Of a stretch of DNA of 64,000 bases, positions 61,534 through 64,000 are shown piece by piece. A program made the translations under genes and the position numbers. The notes under the pieces were generated by a model. That model was not told where the DNA came from. It did not search any database and saw only the letters and a list, made by a program, of their open reading frames with translations. The stretch covers positions 398,997 through 462,996 of the forward strand of contig JAJYNN010000002.1 of assembly GCA_021786315.1 (NCBI GenBank), written 5' to 3'. The stretch is from a bacterium. Lineage in GTDB: Bacteria; Patescibacteriota; Microgenomatia; Daviesbacterales; UBA10151. The stretch's first letter is position 1; each line of letters starts with the position of its first letter.

Positions 61534-61606
61534 CCTGAGGTGGCCGAACGGTTGAGGCGACAGTCTGTAAAACTGTTTTAAGTAGGTTCGACTCCTACCC
61601 TCAGGA
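61534..61606 (+). tRNA. tRNA-Tyr (anticodon GTA), class I (5-nt variable loop), C1:G72, A73, no encoded CCA
   Basis: Manual fold: acceptor CCTGAGG/CCTCAGG (7 bp); D stem GCC/GGC; anticodon stem ACAGT/ACTGT with loop CTGTAAA (U33, GUA, A37); variable TTTAA; T stem GTAGG/CCTAC with loop TTCGACT; discriminator A. Confidence 0.8.
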
Positions 61607-61698
61607 CAAAGACGGAGTTTTTGGTATGAGGGCAAGCTCTGCTTACCCTCAGGGCTAAGTATACTGAGTATGGGAAAAACTGCTATACTTTACTTAAT

Positions 61699-64000
61699 AT
61701 GCCGCTGAAACGCTTGCATGGAGGCTACTCCAATCATTCTTATTCCCGGGCGAAGTTTTTATCTAAATTCTCCAGTTTTACTTTGGCCGCTATCTTAATA
61801 TTCCTGGTGCTTTGTGTGATTGGTGTGGTGGTATTTATGTTCCAGGTCCCCTCTCCCCAGTCGCTCTCTAACCGGGATGTGGCCCAAGCCACAAAAATTT
61901 ACGACCGTAACGGGGAGCTCCTTTATGATATCTTTCAAAATGAAAACCGGACACCGGTTAAGCTTAACGACGTTCCCCCTTATGTAAAACAAGCCACAAT
62001 TTCTATTGAGGATAAAGACTTTTATAAACACCAGGGTTTTTCCGTAACCGGTATTATCCGCTCCATGCTCGATTTGGTTATCCACCGCCAGGTTGAGGGA
62101 GGAGGTTCTACCTTAACCCAGCAGCTGGTCAAGAATGCGCTGCTTTCCCCGGAGAGAACAATTACCCGAAAAATTAAAGAATTTATTTTAGCTATTCAGG
62201 TTGAAAGAGCCTATTCCAAGGACCAGATTTTAGAAATGTACCTTAATGAAATTCCTTATGGTGGTACGGCCTATGGTATCGAAGCGGCAGCAAATTTGTA
62301 TTTTGGCAAGCACGCCAAGGATTTGGATTTAGCGGAAAGTGCGCTACTCGCCGGGCTTCCCCAGATGCCTTCTGTTTATTCCCCTTATGGGACTCACCCG
62401 GAGCTTTCTAAAGTCCGGCAGGCGGAGGTTTTGCGCCGGATGGAAGAGGATGGGTATATAACGAAGGAACAAGAAGCAGCCGCTAAAGCGGAAACCTTAA
62501 CTTACCGAACATCACAAAATGAGCTTGGCTTTAAAGCTCCCCACTTCGTGCTTTATGTTAAACAAAAGTTAATCGAACAATATGGTGACAAGATGGTGGA
62601 ACAAGGCGGGTTAAAGGTTACCACAACTTTGGATTACAAGTTACAAGAAAAGGCGGAAAAAATTGTTAAGGATGAGATCGGTAAGCTAAAGGCTGACCAT
62701 GTAGGCAACGGAGCGGCGGTAGTGATGAACCCTCAAAATGGGCAGATCTTAGCTTTAGTAGGCAGTAAGGACTACTTTGGCAAATCCGAACCTGATGGTT
62801 GTGAGGAAGGCAAAACATGTACCTTTGAACCAAATGTAGATGCTGCATTGTCTCCGAGGCAGCCGGGATCGGCAACTAAACCGATCACCTACTCAGTTGG
62901 TTTGCAGAAGGGTTATACTGCGGCTACAGTTTTAATGGATGTGAAGACAGAATTTCCCGGAGGTGCCGGCCAGCCGTCTTACATGCCGGTTGATTACGAC
63001 GGCCAGTGGCATGGACCGGTGGAGGCACGTTATGCGCTGGGTAACTCCTTAAATATTCCCGCTGTGAAGATGTTGGCTTTGGCCGGAGTAAAAAATGTGA
63101 TGGATTTAGGATTTAGAATGGGCCTTTCAACCTGGGAGCCGACTGACGAAAATATCAGCAGTGTTGGGCTTTCTCTGACCTTGGGCGGTCGTGAAGTAAG
63201 GCTGTTGGATTTGACCTCGGCTTACGCTGTTTTTGCTGATGCCGGTGTCAAGCAAGAACCCATTTCTATCTTAAAAGTTGAAGATTCTAAAGGTAAAGTT
63301 TTATATGACTACAAACAATCTGATGGCACTAAAGTTTTGGATCCGGGAATAGCCTTCATTATTTCTAATATTTTATCGGACAACGGCGCCCGAACTATGG
63401 CTTTCGGAACTAACTCTGTTTTAAACATTCCCGGTAAAACAGTTTCAGTAAAAACCGGAACTACTGATGAAAAAAGGGATAACTGGGCTGTAGGATTCAC
63501 TCCTTCTGTGGTGGTTGGTGTCTGGGTAGGAAATAATAACAACGATAAGATGAATCCGGCTATTGCTTCCGGTATTACCGGGGCTTCCCCGATTTGGCAA
63601 AAAATCATGACGGCGGCCCTAAAGGACAAGTCGGATGAAAAACCGCAGCAGCCGGATAACGTTTCCTATGTTGATGTGGATGGCCTAATGGGAGGAAAAC
63701 CTCACGACGGTTCACCGACCAGGAAGGAGTATTTTATTAAGGGCACTGAGCCAACCAATACGTCTTGGGCTTACCAAAACCAAAAGGTTTGTCAAAATAA
63801 TCCTCACAGGCTGGCAAACGACGGTGAACCGGCAGACCAAAAAGATGTCATTGTCTTGAAAGAGGATGATCCAACAGGTGCCAATAAATGGCAGGCTGGA
63901 ATTGACCAGTGGGTGCTGACGGCTCCTAATCCGCTTCTAGTAGGTATGGGCCGGGGTTGTAACGGAATTCCCGGATTTTCCGGTGGTTCAACGGGTGGAG
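61699..64000 (+). CDS. Class A penicillin-binding protein (bifunctional glycosyltransferase/transpeptidase, PBP1A-like), 3' partial
   Basis: No stop before the window end, so it is absent from the ORF track. N-terminal TM. GT51 motifs EDKDFYKHQGF, GGSTLTQQLVKN, RKIKEFILAIQVE. Transpeptidase motifs SATKP (SxxK), SLN (SxN) and KTGTT (KTG). Confidence 0.85.
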   Translation, partial: MPLKRLHGGYSNHSYSRAKFLSKFSSFTLAAILIFLVLCVIGVVVFMFQVPSPQSLSNRDVAQATKIYDRNGELLYDIFQNENRTPVKLNDVPPYVKQATISIEDKDFYKHQGFSVTGIIRSMLDLVIHRQVEGGGSTLTQQLVKNALLSPERTITRKIKEFILAIQVERAYSKDQILEMYLNEIPYGGTAYGIEAAANLYFGKHAKDLDLAESALLAGLPQMPSVYSPYGTHPELSKVRQAEVLRRMEEDGYITKEQEAAAKAETLTYRTSQNELGFKAPHFVLYVKQKLIEQYGDKMVEQGGLKVTTTLDYKLQEKAEKIVKDEIGKLKADHVGNGAAVVMNPQNGQILALVGSKDYFGKSEPDGCEEGKTCTFEPNVDAALSPRQPGSATKPITYSVGLQKGYTAATVLMDVKTEFPGGAGQPSYMPVDYDGQWHGPVEARYALGNSLNIPAVKMLALAGVKNVMDLGFRMGLSTWEPTDENISSVGLSLTLGGREVRLLDLTSAYAVFADAGVKQEPISILKVEDSKGKVLYDYKQSDGTKVLDPGIAFIISNILSDNGARTMAFGTNSVLNIPGKTVSVKTGTTDEKRDNWAVGFTPSVVVGVWVGNNNNDKMNPAIASGITGASPIWQKIMTAALKDKSDEKPQQPDNVSYVDVDGLMGGKPHDGSPTRKEYFIKGTEPTNTSWAYQNQKVCQNNPHRLANDGEPADQKDVIVLKEDDPTGANKWQAGIDQWVLTAPNPLLVGMGRGCNGIPGFSGGSTGG

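Noticed and set aside
61595-61654. The 3' end of the tRNA-Tyr (CTACCCTCAGG) is repeated 48 bp downstream (TTACCCTCAGGG) within a 6-bp-stem hairpin, resembling an att-site direct repeat of an island integrated at a tRNA.
   Set aside because: The two copies are only ~48 bp apart with nothing between them, and no integrase is nearby. It is more likely a terminator-like hairpin or a remnant than a current integrated element.
61795-63629. Minus-strand ORFs (61795..62085, 62666..62875, 63309..63629) at the window end.
   Set aside because: They lie inside the long, motif-rich + strand PBP1A reading frame, which is unlisted in the track only because it lacks a stop in the window.

Overview
This 64-kb window looks like a small, reduced bacterial genome. 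It is most consistent with a Candidate Phyla Radiation / Patescibacteria-like organism, but that is inference only. The supporting signs are a type IV pilus locus without a secretin, an archaeal-type TyrRS, a 23S-IVS-type four-helix-bundle protein, a truncated ATP synthase delta subunit and many DUF-type genes.

Content from left to right:
- A partial C39-like peptidase and an NlpC/P60-like peptidase, then gyrB and holB.
- A complete type IV pilus locus: pilB-pilT-pilC-pilin-pilD, four tandem pilin paralogs, five minor/pseudopilin-like genes, a PilX-like gene and a 592-aa pilus-associated protein, then pilM-pilN-pilO.
- A housekeeping block: trmD, a KH protein, rpsP, rnc, an ACP-like gene (Ser to Asn at the attachment site), nusB, rpmF, recG.
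- A 1621-aa giant repeat-containing protein with a small partner gene.
- An HExxH membrane protein, a four-helix-bundle gene, archaeal-type tyrS, an ABC exporter and an SGNH hydrolase.
- The F-type ATP synthase genes atpB-E-F-H-A-G-D. The atpC gene is displaced about 17 kb downstream.
- The ~17-kb block that interrupts the atp operon. It holds accessory genes (ChaN-like, YdeN-like hydrolase, methyltransferase-like, a second ABC exporter, ClbS-like, ASCH) and a six-gene Hyf/Ehr-like membrane complex. The NuoD-like and NuoB-like subunits of that complex have lost the [NiFe] and Fe-S cysteine ligands.
- A Tat-signal lytic transglycosylase, atpC, a DUF1361 protein, a tRNA-Tyr with archaeal/eukaryal-type features, and a partial class A PBP.

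A previously unrecognised family of short two-hairpin repeats (conserved flanks, compensatory stem changes) occurs at least five times. Copies lie in intergenic DNA and also in-frame inside coding sequences, including a pilin leader peptide.

No rRNA, CRISPR array, transposase or integrase was seen.
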